Positions 1-13,740 of a stretch of 64,000 bases of DNA are shown here, one piece after another. How positions within the stretch are numbered: position 1 is the stretch's first letter; each line of letters opens with the position of its first letter. This DNA comes from Camelus ferus (taxonomy: Eukaryota): the NCBI RefSeq assembly GCF_009834535.1, contig NC_045696.1, positions 67,086,001 through 67,150,000 of the forward strand. The letters are read 5' to 3'. Under the pieces are notes generated by a model, which saw only the letters and a program-made list of their open reading frames with translations, did not search any database and was not told where the DNA came from. The position numbers and the translations under genes are program-made.

Positions 1-3000
1 TACCCAAGGCTAAACTTCTGTCAGTTTCATAAACAAAAGTATAGAGGTGTTATTGGTCTATTTACAGTTAGATTTAAGTGGACTGGTTTTCCATGGAAAA
101 GACTACATTTTTCTTTCACAGGACAATTACCTTTGGGTAAACACAATTCAAAATCCCCATACATTGATGAGTATAGATAGGTAGAAATATATATGTATAT
201 ATGCCTGTTAAAATTTTAAAAAAAAATTCTATATTAAATACTTAAATCAATGAACAATGAGACACCAATTAAAATTCACATGACATGAAATACTCTTTAA
301 GGTAATGAGACTCATATAGTCATTATCATCCTGAAAATCTATACAATAGCCAAATTTTAGTTATAGAATCAAAATGTAAGGAAAAAAAAACTGAGATCTT
401 TAAACCAGTCTCATAATTTTACTAAAGAAAAATGAAGACCTGCTTAAGGGCTCCCAGAAAATTGTTAGTGGGATTCTTTACCGACGGACAAACCAGGGGT
501 CTTTGCCCTATAGAATGCTGCTGTCAATTACATGCTTAGGAGATCTGTAAGTATCTGATTGAGGTTTCTAAGTATCACTATTCTCAAATAGCTTCAACAG
601 GATTTGGTACAGCATCTGGTGAACTAGAAGTTTCTAAAGAATCTGTGATCAAATTAAGTCTGTGTTGAAATTGTGGGACTGGGAAAATTACCTGCTTGAA
701 AATACCATTGACCTTAAGTCAGTTACAGGAAAGTAGTCTCTGAGGATGGAAATCAGCGGTGTCCTATTTTAGAGCTATCTCTGCCTCTGAATTGTTGGGG
801 AAGTTATGGTAATTACTGAACTTCTCTAAAATAAAAGTATTTAATTAAATCATTCCTAAGGTTCCTCTGAGAACTCCACTAGTTCACCCAGCATAGCTGC
901 TCTCGCTCAGTAAGTATTTATTGGAGGAATTTTGCACATATGTTCAGGGAAAGATTCTTTCATGATGTAAAGTTCAGAGCATGTCTTTCATTGGAAGAAA
1001 GTAATGAGGAAATGTTAAGCAGGCGTATTGATTTATTTTACAAACAACCACACTCCATATAATCTTTGTAAAGTTATGCCCTAATGCTCTATGAAAATAA
1101 ATACACATGACTCTGAAAGGAGTCAAAGACTTGAAAAACAGTATTAAAAAGACAACTAGCCTGTCTTTTGAAATGGCCTCTATTCACAGTGGAATTTTTT
1201 CTGCTAAGATTTTACCAACAAGGAAAACATAAAATAAAGGGTGATAAATGAAGGCAGGAGAATGATTAACATGTTGGGGAAATACTAAAATTGAAAAGTT
1301 TCTGCAATATAGAGGAAGTCCTGTGAAGGAAAGGTGACCTGCTGGCCATAGACCAATAGCTTAACATGGCATAGAATGCCTGGAACTGGCCCTCTCCTTA
1401 CTCTTTCTTCAGTAAAATATTTTCAAAGTCATATTTTGAGATGTTTCTCATCACAGAAATACATTTGATTTATACTTTATGGGACGTGATTGGTTGTATT
1501 TATTTTATAGAAATTGGTGTCATAGTCAGTATTTCTAGAGGAAAGTATTTATTCTATATAAATTTTTATTAGTATGGACGCTACATATTGAGTTGTTTGA
1601 TGTTAAGGAATAGAGATAATAAAATGCAGCCTGAATGTCTGTCAGACAGGAAACTTTCATAACTTAGAGATTAACAGAAGACAGTGTGACTTCCTTTCCT
1701 GAAGTTTCCACCTTTGTGCACCTCCTTGACACAGTACTTTCACCACAGCATCTGGAACTCACTGTTAACACCCACTCATTCACACCCCTGACGCTCCTCA
1801 CTGAACTGCCTTTGAGGACAGAAAACGTACTATCTTCACACACACCGGGAAGTCCTATTTCCAAGATATATTAAATGTTTTTAAATTAATGAAAATTAAA
1901 ACCTGTATTTTGGTGACATTATCACACTCACTAACTGTGTGAACAAAGTCCACGATCCTCTCTGATCCCAGATTCTTAATGTGAAGAATGAGAATAATGA
2001 TTACTTGGCAACCTCGTAGGGTTATTGTCTTCATCAAATGAAAAAGACGGTGTGCTTGCGTACTGTAATTGCAATCGGCTCTAAAAAGTAAATTATAATT
2101 TAATGCAATCTTTCATCTTTTTTTGGTGGTCACCACTTACTAACAAAAAATATTAAGACAATAAGAGAAAAAATAAATAAGATTTACAGAGGATTGCACT
2201 TTGGGCATTAAGAAGAATTTTTTTCCCTTAAGCCTATATGACACTAACCTCTTTCCAGAAAGATTACCTACTAATGTGAGAAATCAGTGCAATTGAATAA
2301 AATAGTCTTATCAGGCAGTATTCAATATTCAGTTCACCCACTGGATCTTTTCTGCGCTACTATCTGCATGACTCTGCTTTTCACCCTTCAGGTCAGTTTG
2401 GCTCAGAACATGCACATGAAGGACAAAAGACAGGACAAGACTCCCAGAGTCTGGTCACTTTCCTTCTGTATCACAATGATTTGTCTTTCATATCCATTAC
2501 CTTTCCTATGGCTGGTCCAAGTCAGTGCCTTTTCAACCACTAGTGAAATTAGCCTGTCAAGCTGCCTCTCTCAAATCTCCTTTAGACATTTGCTTGCTGA
2601 ATAAACCCTCATTGGTTGATTTGTTAACTTATATTCTAGCTCTGCAGTTACCTCAGTGAAAGATTGGAAACTCCCTAGACCATGACCTGGGCTCACTATG
2701 TACACTATGCAGCACCACCATATAGAAATCAAACACTCAGTGGAGTCTTCACATTTTTATTACTTAGACCCACTGAGGGTGGGGCTTTGGAAATTATCAA
2801 GTCCACTATTTTCAATTTAAGGATGAAAGAGAGAGAAAGGAGAGAGAGGGCGCCTTGCTTCAGGTCACTTAGCTTATTGGTAGCAGAGCCCGAATTAGAA
2901 CTTTAGTTTCCGGACTCCTAATTTAGAGCTCTTTTTCCCAAACAATTCCATCTCCTTTTCTCACGCTAAAGTTTTAAATACTCAGAATTGTTCAATACCT

Positions 3001-3687
3001 TTAAATGGCTGAGTGTAAATTCCTAGGACCATTAGGCTTCATTCCTCCTGGGGTCACCCTGAAACACAGCCCTAAGCCAGCCATTTTCAGATCCACCTAA
3101 GGACCAAGGAAGGTGTCTGCTATTGAGTGTGGGTACATTAGTTGCTACGTGTATCTGCAGTTTTAAGGACTCTTCGTGGATCGCATTTCCCTGCAAGTTG
3201 CACTGCAGTGACCCAGACACAACACTGACAGCTGTGGAGTAAATAAATAAAAACAGAGTATTTTGATCCAAATTGGGGGAGGGGCTGGTGAGAGGCTGGG
3301 GACAAGAAGAGAAAGAGGCAGACAGAAGGAAACAGCCACAGCTGTGAAAAGAACAGATGCTGGCCACGAGAGAGGGAGAGAGTGAGGAGGGAGGAGAGAG
3401 ATTAGGGTTCTGCCAATGTCAGAAATGTTGAAGCTCTTGGAAAGGGATGCACATACTTGGGACAGGTGGGAAGTGTTTACATTAAAACCAGAATATCAGA
3501 TGCCTTTCTAAATGCTAGCCAGATCGTTAAAGACCCAAGTTGACCCAAAGGAAAAAAGCTGAAGTCCTTGCCCAGGGAGCCCATTACAGAGAGAGCCTCC
3601 AGAATTCTTTATATTCCATTCAAATTATTGGACATCAGCTGTGTGTGGCAGGATATCAGCTGTGCACATCAACACTACACTGTAGGC

Positions 3688-3868
3688 CAGTGGATCTCCA
3701 AGTGTGGCCCCCAGACCATTAGCACCAGCATCACTAGAGAAATGGATAGAAATGCAATTTTTGGACCCCTTCAGCTCTACTGAATCAGAAAATTTGGGGG
3801 TAGGGCCCCAAATCTGTGTTTTAACCAGCCTTCTAGGTGATTCTGATGCTTAAGATTAAGAACCTCTG
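3688..3868. mobile_element. MER5A-like hAT-Charlie MITE
   Basis: Ends cagtggatctccaa...gaacctctg; internal ctactgaatcagaaa and aggtgattctgatgc; ~180 bp. Confidence 0.8.
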
Positions 3869-4554
3869 CTCTGTGTACACGATATTCCTCAGCTTCCTCA
3901 GGATTCTCCATAAACCCATCACCCTAGTCAACAGGCATCCCCGTGACCTCTCACACCTTGTTCTACCTGGGTTCTGCAGGACCTACACCCTGACATTACC
4001 AGGCACAAGTCTCCCCACAGGGGCAACAGAGGCAAAAGACTGGATAACCTGTACCTCCAGCAGCAGGGACAGCAGACCAACTAAATCCATAGGACAAAAC
4101 CCTGAAATCCATGCACTGAGATGCCATTTGGTGAATGGTGTCTGACCAGAGATGGGACCAGTGCAAGGACAGCAGACTCCATCTCCGGGCCATTTTAAAC
4201 AGCCTTGGCAGTGCCTTTCGTTTAAGGAGTACAAAACATTGTCCATTAAGTTACTAAACTTGAGTGTCTGGAGGAGATTTGGAAAATTGGAAAATTTGGT
4301 GGAAGGAAGATAAGTTTAACATGAAGGAAAACTTGTTCTCCATCGTGTGACATGACTTTAAGGTGCTGGTGCTATAATGGCTGGGAGTCGGGAGATCCAG
4401 CCTCACGGCTACCTCTCCCACTGACCTCTGACCCCTGGGCAGTCACTTGTGCTCTCTCATCCTTGGTTTCCCTTCCTATGAAATGAGGAGCTTGTTTAGA
4501 GAAGATACCTAAGATTCTTTCTCAGCTCTCACAGATACTATCTTTGTAGTGAAG

Positions 4555-4830
4555 CTGCTGGCTGGTTAGAAGAGCCAATTAGAGCAATTAATTAAGCGAG
4601 GCTTCTAAGTTCGATTCTCTGTGTGGTCTACAGGGCTGGCTCAATGCGGTCCACCCTCCTTTAATAAACATTGGTTTCCAAAGGACTCTGGTGGATTATT
4701 CTGTATGACTGGCCATCAGGATAAGGATCACCACTTTGGGGAGAATGACTCAAAGGACATATGGCTTTGGCTTTGTATCCAAGAGTATCATGGCCTCAAC
4801 TGGAAAGATATCAGAAAATTATCATGAAAG
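4555..4830 (+). mobile_element. Possible MamSINE1-like ancient tRNA-derived SINE
   Basis: Degenerate tRNA-like head (gctggctggttag...ttagagc...gttcgattc); heavily diverged. Confidence 0.3.
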
Positions 4831-5559
4831 GAACTGTCTGAGAGGTAGACTAGGAAAGAGTTTCTAAGACCAAGAAACCACCTGTTTTCCTAGGACCTTT
4901 TCCACTATGTTCTGCCCTTATGCTAAAACACCTCTACATAGCTAAGACAGAGAGGTCTGACTTTGCCAAAAGACACAATTCTAAAATTACAGAATATTAG
5001 AACTAGAAATTCCTGTAAAAGGAAAGAAGGAGAGAATGTGCCAGAAACTTTGCTAGATGCTCCTGCATGACTATTATACCTCACTGAGGAACTCTAATCT
5101 TACCCTCCTCGTTCCAGCAATGGGAAACTGGAATTCCCAGGAAAGAAACCTAAGGTGACAGATCACACCACGACTTAGGGGCAGACTTAAGACTAGATCC
5201 CCAGTCTGGTAATCTATCCCAGTCTGTTTTGTTCCCTTTCCTCAGATACTCCCACCCCCACCCCGACCCCTGCAAAGTGCATGATCCTCCCAGGAAAAAT
5301 TAGAGGTAACACAGAAGTAAGAAAATATATGGAAAAAAAATTCTATTGATTTTTTTTTTCACTCCGACAGCCCACTATAAAAATAACTGCATCTAAAACC
5401 TTAGGAGTAATGAGATTCCCAGGGGTAGTTAGGGATTAGCTCAAAAAAGCACCCGGGCGATTGCCTCGGTGTAAGGAATTCTAGTGTGGACTTCGAGAAA
5501 GGCCTGCTTTTCCAGATTTTTCCAGATTTTGAGAATCACAGCAGTTGGTAGATGTGATG

Positions 5560-5815
5560 TCACAGTAATGGAAACGTGCTGATTGCTCACTCTGTGTCGG
5601 CCACTGTGGCATTGGCTAACTCAACCCTCAAAGCCATCCATGGAGGGGAGGTAGCAACTATTACTGTTATTGCCATTTCAGAATGAAGAACCTGAGATTT
5701 AGCAAAGTCGCACAACGCACGTTGAGTTTCAACAGCTTATAAGTGGCAAAAGCAGCATTCAAACACACTTGGTTTAGTTGTAGCTCCTGAGCATCTAACC
5801 ACTATTCCACACTCC
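5560..5815 (-). mobile_element. MIR SINE (one of many MIR fragments, e.g. ~2770-2940, 4370-4530, 7050-7260, 25800-25950, 31240-31420, 46410-46600, 53100-53290, 55790-55990, 62320-62500)
   Basis: MIR core-like cattt-cagaatgaagaacctgagatttagcaaagt...ttcaaac...taaccact. Confidence 0.7.
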
Positions 5816-7630
5816 CCTCGGGAACAGATGGTGTTAATTAACACCTATGCTGTTCCTCAGGGTTTACAAACCTTAATACCCTCCAACTGATTTAATCCTC
5901 ATAAAATGTGGGACGGTGTCATGGTAGGAACTGTTTAACCTCATGTAAGGGGTGAAAAAAACTAAGGCCCTGTAAAGTTAAGGAACTGGTCTTGGATTTC
6001 ATAGGTGGAATGTGGAACTTCTGAGCACCAGCACATTGCATTTTCCCTCACATCACAGTGACAGACACTAGCTAACCAGGCAGGGGATCGTGGAGATGGA
6101 TGAGCAAGTTTCAGTGCAAGGAACTGCATGGTGGGCTGTAGGTCAATCCCACTTGCCCCTGGGAAAGACGGGAGGCGTGGGGAAGATCCCAGAGGCCGCA
6201 GGAATAACGTAGCACACACCCAGTTCTTGCTGCTCTCACCACCGGCTCCTACGTTATTCCTCTAAATACGAGGGGGTGGGCGAAGCTGAGAGTGGAAGTC
6301 ATGGAAAATGGTTATTCTTCCTGATAATCTGCAAGTATCTCTCTTTCTTTAGCTTCATATTTTTCTGTCTATAAATGAACCAGGGGATCTTTAAACTCTG
6401 ACATCTACTGATCCCACTGGCCCTGGACAATCAGCTTGGAGTGGGGAGTTAGAACTCCTGTTTTCCCCTTAGTTACAGGGTCGGGGCTGCCATTCCTATT
6501 GGCTCCTCAGCACCATATGCCACACCCTCCTTCTATCTGTCTGCTCAATGTGTTCTCATCACACCTTTTCTGGCAAAATGTGCCTGGTGGTCTGATAAGT
6601 CCACGTCACACATTAGTGTACATTTCAAAAACAGAATGTAAACAATCATCTTCAGTTTAATCCTTACCTGACTTTGATTTTTATATAAAGAGAAAAATCC
6701 CCTTTTATAGGCAAATTTTATAGATGCTAGACTTCTCATCCCTGAAAATAAAATGAATATTAAACATTTTTTAAAGAAGAGAGAAAAGTGTTTATACGAC
6801 ACAGTTCTCGAATTATTCAAATGCTAGTTTAATTAGAAAAGTTTTTATTGATTTTTAATGGAAAGTAAAATTATTTTGCAATTACTTCATTGCTGCTTTA
6901 AAAACTTAACATCTTACTTTTTTCCTATATGTCCATATTTATTGGCCATCAAAACGCTGTTATACATTTGTAAGCACATATAGATTTTGACATGCATACT
7001 GTTATAAAATGCTAAGCAATAAATGCATAAAAACAAATGAAAAGCTCCAAGTGCAAGATCTAATTTTTAGCCTTTTCTCTGTCCTTTGACCTTAGACAAG
7101 ACCATTAACATCTCTGGTCCTCAGTTTCCATGTCTATAAAATGGAAATAATAATCTCCACCTTGCCTCCTTCACTACATCACAGAATTTTTGTAAATATT
7201 AAAAGAAATCATCTATAATAATTTGGAAAACTATATGGCATTATACACGTGAGGCCTTTTTACTGTGATTATATTTCTTTCTTTTTTTAACCTCCTCCTC
7301 AAGCTCTACTCCTTATAATGTGAATCTGCCATCACATTACAGTCGTTGCTCTCTTTAACTGTTTTTATGCCCTAGAAATAAATGACCATTTAGCTTGATG
7401 ATTGAATATATCTTTTCATTATTACTATTTATTTTCTCAGTTGTCTGTAATTTGTTACTATTATGTCATTGTTTCAAAAATTGGGCGTGACAGGTGTCAA
7501 GTTTTCTTAAGAAGATGCTGCTTATAGTATTGTATTTATTTGTTAATGATTAAAATAGTCATTTTTCTTTTCAGTCATTTTCTATTATTTTATGATGTTT
7601 TGGGTTTTTGGGAAATTATGCATTCAATTC

Positions 7631-8909
7631 TTTTTTAATTGTTTTATTGAAGTACAGTCAGTTACAATGTGTCAATTTCTCACAGTACAGCACAATGTCC
7701 CAGTCATGCATATACATACTTATATTCGTTTTCATATTCTTTTTCATTAAAGGTTATTACAAGATACTGAATATAGCTCCTTGTGCTATACAGAAGAAAT
7801 TTGTTTTGTTTAATTTATTTTTTTATAAAGTGACTAACATCTGCAAATGTCAAACTCCCAAATTTATCCCTTCCCACCCTTTTGCCCCCATAAGATGGTT
7901 TACTACATCTGCAAGTCTGTTTCTGTTTTATAGCTGAGTTCATTAGTGTCCTCTTTTTTTTCCCTTAGATTCCACGTATGAGTGAAATCATGTGGTATTT
8001 TTCTTTTTCTAGCTTATTTCATTTACAATGACGATCTCTAGTTTCATCCATGTTGCTGCAAATGGCATTATTTTATTCTTTTTTATGGCTGAGTAGTATT
8101 CCATTGTATAAATACACCGCAGCTTCTTTATCTAGTCATCTGTCGATGGACATTTAAGTTGTTTCCATGCCCTGGCTATTGTAAATAGTGCTGCTATGAA
8201 CACTGGGGTGCATGTATCTTTTCAAATTTGAGCTCCCTCCAGATACATGCCCAGGAGTGGGATTGCTGGATCATTTGGTAGGTCTATTTTTAGTTTTTTG
8301 AGGAAATCTCCATACTGTTTTCCATAATGGCTGCACCAAAGTACATTCCCACCAACAGTGTAGGAGGGTTCCCTTTTCTTCATACTCTCTCCAGCATTTA
8401 TTGTTTGTGGATTTTTGAATCATGGCCATTCTGACTGGTGTAAAATGATACCTCATTTTAGTTTTGATTTGAATTTCTCTGATAATTAGTGATATTGAGC
8501 ATTTTTTCATGTGCCTATTGGCCATTTGTATGTCTTCACTGGAGAATTGCTTGTTTAGGTCTTCTGCCCATTTTTGGATTGGATTGCTTATTTTGTTGTT
8601 GTTGTTATTAAGTTATATGAGCTGTTTATATATTCTGGAAATTAAACCTTTGTCACAAGTTGCATCATTTGCAAATATTTTCTCCCATTCTGTAGGTTGT
8701 TGTTTTGTTTTACTTATGGTTTCCTTTGCTGTGCAAAATCTTATAAGTTTAATTAGGCCCCATTTGTTAATTGTTGCCTTTATTTCTGTTGCCTAGGTGG
8801 ACTGTCCTAGGAGAATATTGTTAAGATTTATGTCAGAGAATGTTTTGCCTATGTTTTCTTCTAGGAGGTTTATAGTGTCTTGTCTTATGTTTAAGTCTTT
8901 AAGCCATTT
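7631..8909 (-). mobile_element. 5'-truncated LINE-1 (ORF2 C-terminus + 3' UTR)
   Basis: T-rich end at 7631. ORF 8271-8525 ([10 protein letters not shown]...KCWRE...LLHCWWEC) is the L1 ORF2 Cys-rich C-terminus; frameshifted. Confidence 0.95.
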
Positions 8910-9329
8910 ATTCAAACTATCCCATATTGCAACACCCAGAACCTATTAGTAAAGTTGTTGCTATATCCCCGCAAAATGTTTTTTTTTCTCTTTGTAGAAG
9001 AGTAAAGGAGGCAGAAATCCCAGTGGGGCACTTTAGATGTCTGCCTGCCATAATCATCTTAAACCTATTGAATTAGTAGTTATACATACATATACACACA
9101 CAAAAGGTAAAATAATAACTAATGGCAACAAAAATTAAAATTATTTTACTCATACTCTAAAAATTTTGGAAAAATCGTCATCTCTCTGAGCTTCTGTTTC
9201 TTATTATTAAAATGAGGTTAATAATACCCCCTTTACATGCCCTATAGGTGATCGTGGGGAGCAATTATAATAATGGGTTTGAGTACAACTGATTAATTCT
9301 AGAAAGTGACCAGAAAGCAGAGAATATGT

Positions 9330-10300
9330 GGCCCTGAATTTGTTGGCCCCGATGGTGTTTGCAGGTAGAGCTAAGCCAGGGACCAGGGCCGACTTTCACA
9401 GTCCATGAATCATCCCTCAAATCCTCAGTCATAAAGCGAAAGGCAAGTCTGAGCTATTCTTTGATTTGTTGCGGTTTTATGGCCTTTAAAGCCACGCCTA
9501 CCCATATAAGAACCAAGAACTTATGAGAAATTCATTTGAAATGCTTGTTCTATTGGGCACAGCAACCTGGGGCCCAACCCTTTTGTGATGAACCCAGTTT
9601 GATTTTGCTAACAGCTTGCATCTGGTTTCTAAATGCGCCCTTACGTAACCCCGGTGAGTCCTAATTCAGCCTCAAACTTTAATGAAGACAGAAACCTCAC
9701 ACATCAGGGCAAGGAGCCCTTGTTCTAACAAACCTCCAGTCAGTGCAGCTGGGCGTCCAAAGCTACACAAAAGATGCCAGTGTTTCATGGGCTTAACGAC
9801 CCGGCAGAGGCATCCCCATCTCACCCTGGGCTCGTTACCATAACCCAGTTTAAGAGCACAGAGACCACGGAACTGCTGTGTGTGCTGCAGCTGGTGATGC
9901 AGTAATTCTGGGCTCCTGGATTGTCGCAGGGCCCGGGAAACGTTAAAAAGCACAAGGCCTCGGGTAGCCTCTAGGGGAACTACTGGAATGTTGTTTATCT
10001 TCAGACCGCAACAACTGGTCCAGTATTTCACAACAGGAAGGTCTGTCCTGGGGCTCAGACGCTGAAGGCTTAGAGAAGCAAGGCCTGAAATAACCCCCCC
10101 TTCTCTCCTCTTCTACCTTCTGTCTCTCCGCCCTCCCAAACCCCTCTCCCTCCCAACAGTTCAGATTTAAAAAAAAAAAAAAGGCACAGCCGAGGCTGCG
10201 ACCTTGAAATAGATACAGCTTCTGGGCTGCCTGCAGTTAATTTAATACCCGGGCTGGGAAGGGACAAAGCCTGGTCCAGCAGGACTTTGGGTGACAGGGG
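9330..10300. promoter_or_regulatory. Candidate distal enhancer
   Basis: No repeat recognised; CpG-retaining; RUNX (TGCGGT, ACCGCA), CDX/HOX TTTTATGG, bZIP TTACGTAA, ACAACAGGAAG. Confidence 0.4.
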
Positions 10301-12179
10301 AACTAGAAACTATGCCTTTTTTTATTGTCTTAACCTCTTGGTTCATAAAGATGACCCTTTCTTCTACAGTATCTGTGTTTTTAGAAGTTTAGATGTACTC
10401 TCTTAGCTCTCCTGTATGAGACAGGAAAAGCTAATCATGATTCAAATTCTAGAATAATCGTCAATGCCTGGGAATTTCACATTAGCTCCGTGTGCTTGGG
10501 AGGAACTCATTTTTAAAAAGTCATAATAAGTAGCTCTGTGGTCTTTTAATGAATCAATTAACCTCTCTCTAACAGAGTGTGCAAACGTTCAGAGGGCCAG
10601 GGATGAGGGGCTATATCTGGGCCCGTGAAGCAGAGAGGCTGCATGAGTTTTTCAAGCTCAGGCTCTAGAGATCTCTGAATCTCCCCGGCAAGGGGAGCAA
10701 ACTCAGAAGGATTGTGGTGGCTTTATTATTTAAAGAAATGGGAGCAGATGGTCGTTGAGATGGGAATTTTTTATGCACTAGACCACGCGGATGCTCCTGA
10801 GCGTCTGTGGAGTTACCACAGGGAACCACGGGCCACTAATATTTATGACTGAGTCTCATCCCTTCAACTGCTTTTGCACAACCTGCTTCAACCCAGCTCT
10901 TCTTTCCTGTGAAGGAAAGGGAGAAGACATCTGGATCCAAAATCAATCTCTTTCTGGCCAAGCCAGGGTGGAGAAGCCCTTGATTTGAAGACAGATGACT
11001 AAATGATAATTGTTTAAGAAAAATGTTACTGCTTCGTGGTCCAACTCCTTGGACACATTTAATCCTTCGCGTTCTGGCAGGTCACAGTGTTCCTGCTTCT
11101 GATGCACCTACCAGGCCTGGGCTTGGGCATGAAAGATGAACAATACTCACATTTTGCGCTCAGGAAAGGCAAGCTTGAATAAAAGGGTGAATGACTGAGT
11201 TCGTATATAATAATGGGAGATGAAGTTTCAGATCTAGACTTTCCTATTACCAGGATCTGACTTTGACTCATGTCATTGACTTATACAACTAACTGCCTTA
11301 AAACTTTACTCTTTGTGGATGGCAGTAGACATTCTGGGCCTGGTGACGTGCACTCAGGTGGACAGCTGGAGCGTGCAGATGCCAAGACTGGGCCGGGCGT
11401 TCCCTGGACCCAGTGCTCTGCCATTGCCTGGTCCTCCTCTCTGGAGGATATCTGCTTGCTTCATGACTACATTCCATCAATCGTAAAATGAGAAAAATTA
11501 TAGTGAACACTTAACAGGGTAAACTTATTAGATGACTCTGGAAAAAAAAATGCTTTGAAAAGCATTTGGCTAAAACGCAGCTGAGTAATGAGTGTCCCAG
11601 GATGCCAGAGAGAGTGGCAAGAAATACTAACATTTTCAACAGGCCCTCTTTAACAAACTCCCTGTGTGATTTCTTACATTCTGGGCAAATTCAGAATCAT
11701 GGATGAAAAAGCAAACCAAAGTTAGCAGCTATGAAGTAATCAAAACTTCCAGATACTAACAATGTAACTATAAATACACAGAATATATAGATAGCTAGTT
11801 CTTTTGGATAAGGAAATGGGTACATTAAAAAATGCATTCCTTTCTAAATCACCATCCAGTTCAGCTAAAAAAGTGCAGCACCAGGAAGGAGTAAAAGGTA
11901 AGGACGCAAAAAACAGCAAAAACCCTGCATAGAAAGGATGGAAATTCTAGAGGACTAAGTGTAGAAAAAATGTTTAAATGCTTCATACTGATGGCCTACT
12001 GACTTGTGTGAGTATTTTGTAAAGAGTAGACCTGCTAAATAAAAAATTAAAAATGATGGAAATTTTAAAATTAATAGGTACTGCCAAATTCTCCTTTTAA
12101 ACTACTGTAGTAAGACTGACACTTCGTGCCTGGAAGCCCCATCTCTGTCATCCTGGCCAACAGAATTTACTAAAAAAAG

Positions 12180-12570
12180 AATAAGCCAAAAATTTGAAAC
12201 AATCCATCTATCTATCAACAGTTCATGGATCAACAAATTGTGGTACAACCACGAGGTGGACAGCTATGCCACAAAAAAAAAAAAGAATAAAATTGCTGAT
12301 GTCCACAGTACCATGATAAATCTCAAAATAATACACTGAATGAAAGAAGTCATACAAAAATAATACTTATGATTCCATTTATATGAAATCTTAGAAAAAA
12401 CAAAACTATTCATAGTGTCAGAAATCTGAGGCTGGAAGTGAGAGTGGATTGTGGACAAAATGGCGTGAGGCAACTTTTTAGGTGGATGGAAATGTTCTGT
12501 ACCTTAACTTAGGTAGTGGTTACATGGTGAATTTATTTGTCGAAATGCTAATTATATCTCAATACATTCA
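12180..12570 (+). mobile_element. Old L1M (L1MB/MC/ME-type) 3' fragment
   Basis: aaattgtggtac...atgattccatttatatgaaat...gatggaaatgttctgtacctt...ggtagtggttacat. Confidence 0.8.
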
Positions 12571-13179
12571 ATTACAACGGAGAAGAATAAGGCAAAAAGG
12601 AGGTCACCAGGATTCAAATGTAGTTCAGATTCTATCTGACTCTGGATTCTAGTATTTTTTTTTCCTGTCACAACAGTTTCTTTTAGATTATTTTATTTTC
12701 ATGTTACACTTTTCTAAAAATTGAAATCTCAATCACCAGGGCACGCCTAGACTCTTCCAGGGTTGCCACACAAGTAAGTTAACTTGGTCTATAATCTTTA
12801 ACGTCCAGTGCAAATTGAAAGGAGTCACATTCTGTACAGATACAAGTGCTTGCTTCTGAGGTGTCCACATCAGACCTGGGCTACTGGACAGCATTAGGGT
12901 GTCTTCTTGCCTCACTACTCTGAGCTTACTTGGCTTTGTCTCTCACTGAGCCCTTTCCCGACACAGAAATCTTTGTGCTTATCTCTTCTTGCAGTCTTTT
13001 GATTTGTATTGTCTTGTGGTCCAAGGATCTTCCCCCACAAAACTGAAGCGACAGTAAATATAAACAGATTTCTAAATACACATGTTCCTATAAAACATTT
13101 TCACATGTATTATCTCACTGCATTTTCAACAACCCTATAAAATAGGAATGATTCCCATCACTTTCAGAATGTAATTCTA

Positions 13180-13263
13180 GGGGGAGTGGGTATAACTCAG
13201 TGGTAGAGGGTATGCTTAGCGTGCACAAGATCCTGTGTTTGATCCCCAGTACCTCCGCTAAAG
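13180..13263 (+). mobile_element. tRNA-derived SINE head (camelid Vic-1-like)
   Basis: GGGGAGTGGGTATAACTCAGTGGTAGAG (A box)...GTGTTTGATCCCCAGTACCTCC (degenerate B box); 11-bp direct repeats ATGTAATTCTA at 13169-13179 and 13276-13286. Confidence 0.85.
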
Positions 13264-13299
13264 ATTCAAGTCGGGATGTAATTCTAACTCTTCCCGTTG

Positions 13300-13740
13300 G
13301 TGCACAAAGTCCTTTAGGATCTGGCCCCATTCTACCCATCTGGCCTCATCTGTCACCCGCTATATCCACCCAACTTTGCCTCCAGCCAGCCTGAGATATT
13401 AATCCTTCGTACTTTTCTATGCGTCCAGACCTTAATACGTTTTACTTTTTCTGCCAGACACAACCTTCCATCTTTGCCTTTTTACCTAAAATCTAATAAC
13501 CTTTAAATGTTGGCTTGTGTCAACCCCCTGAGGTTGACCACTACCACTAACAGCTCCCAGGACTCCATGGTAACACAGAGCATGCATTTTTTTCTTGTTG
13601 GCTTCCTGGATTTTCACTCCCACTGTGAGCTCCCTGAGGCCAGGACATTGCCCACCTCGTCTTCTAACCCCACAGTGATAACACGACAACTGCTACACAG
13701 GAAGTACTAAAAGAGAATTTGCTAAATGAATGGATGAAAA
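13300..13740 (+). mobile_element. L2 3' fragment
   Basis: ctgtgagctccctgaggccagg...tttgctaaatgaatggatgaa L2 tail. Confidence 0.65.

Noticed and set aside
8271..8525. L1 ORF2 fragments as genes (also 17255-17497)
   Set aside because: Pieces of 5'-truncated, frameshifted L1 copies.
13180..13256. Functional tRNA gene
   Set aside because: Degenerate B box (GTTTGATCC), mismatched stems, no oligo-T terminator and flanking direct repeats indicate a SINE.
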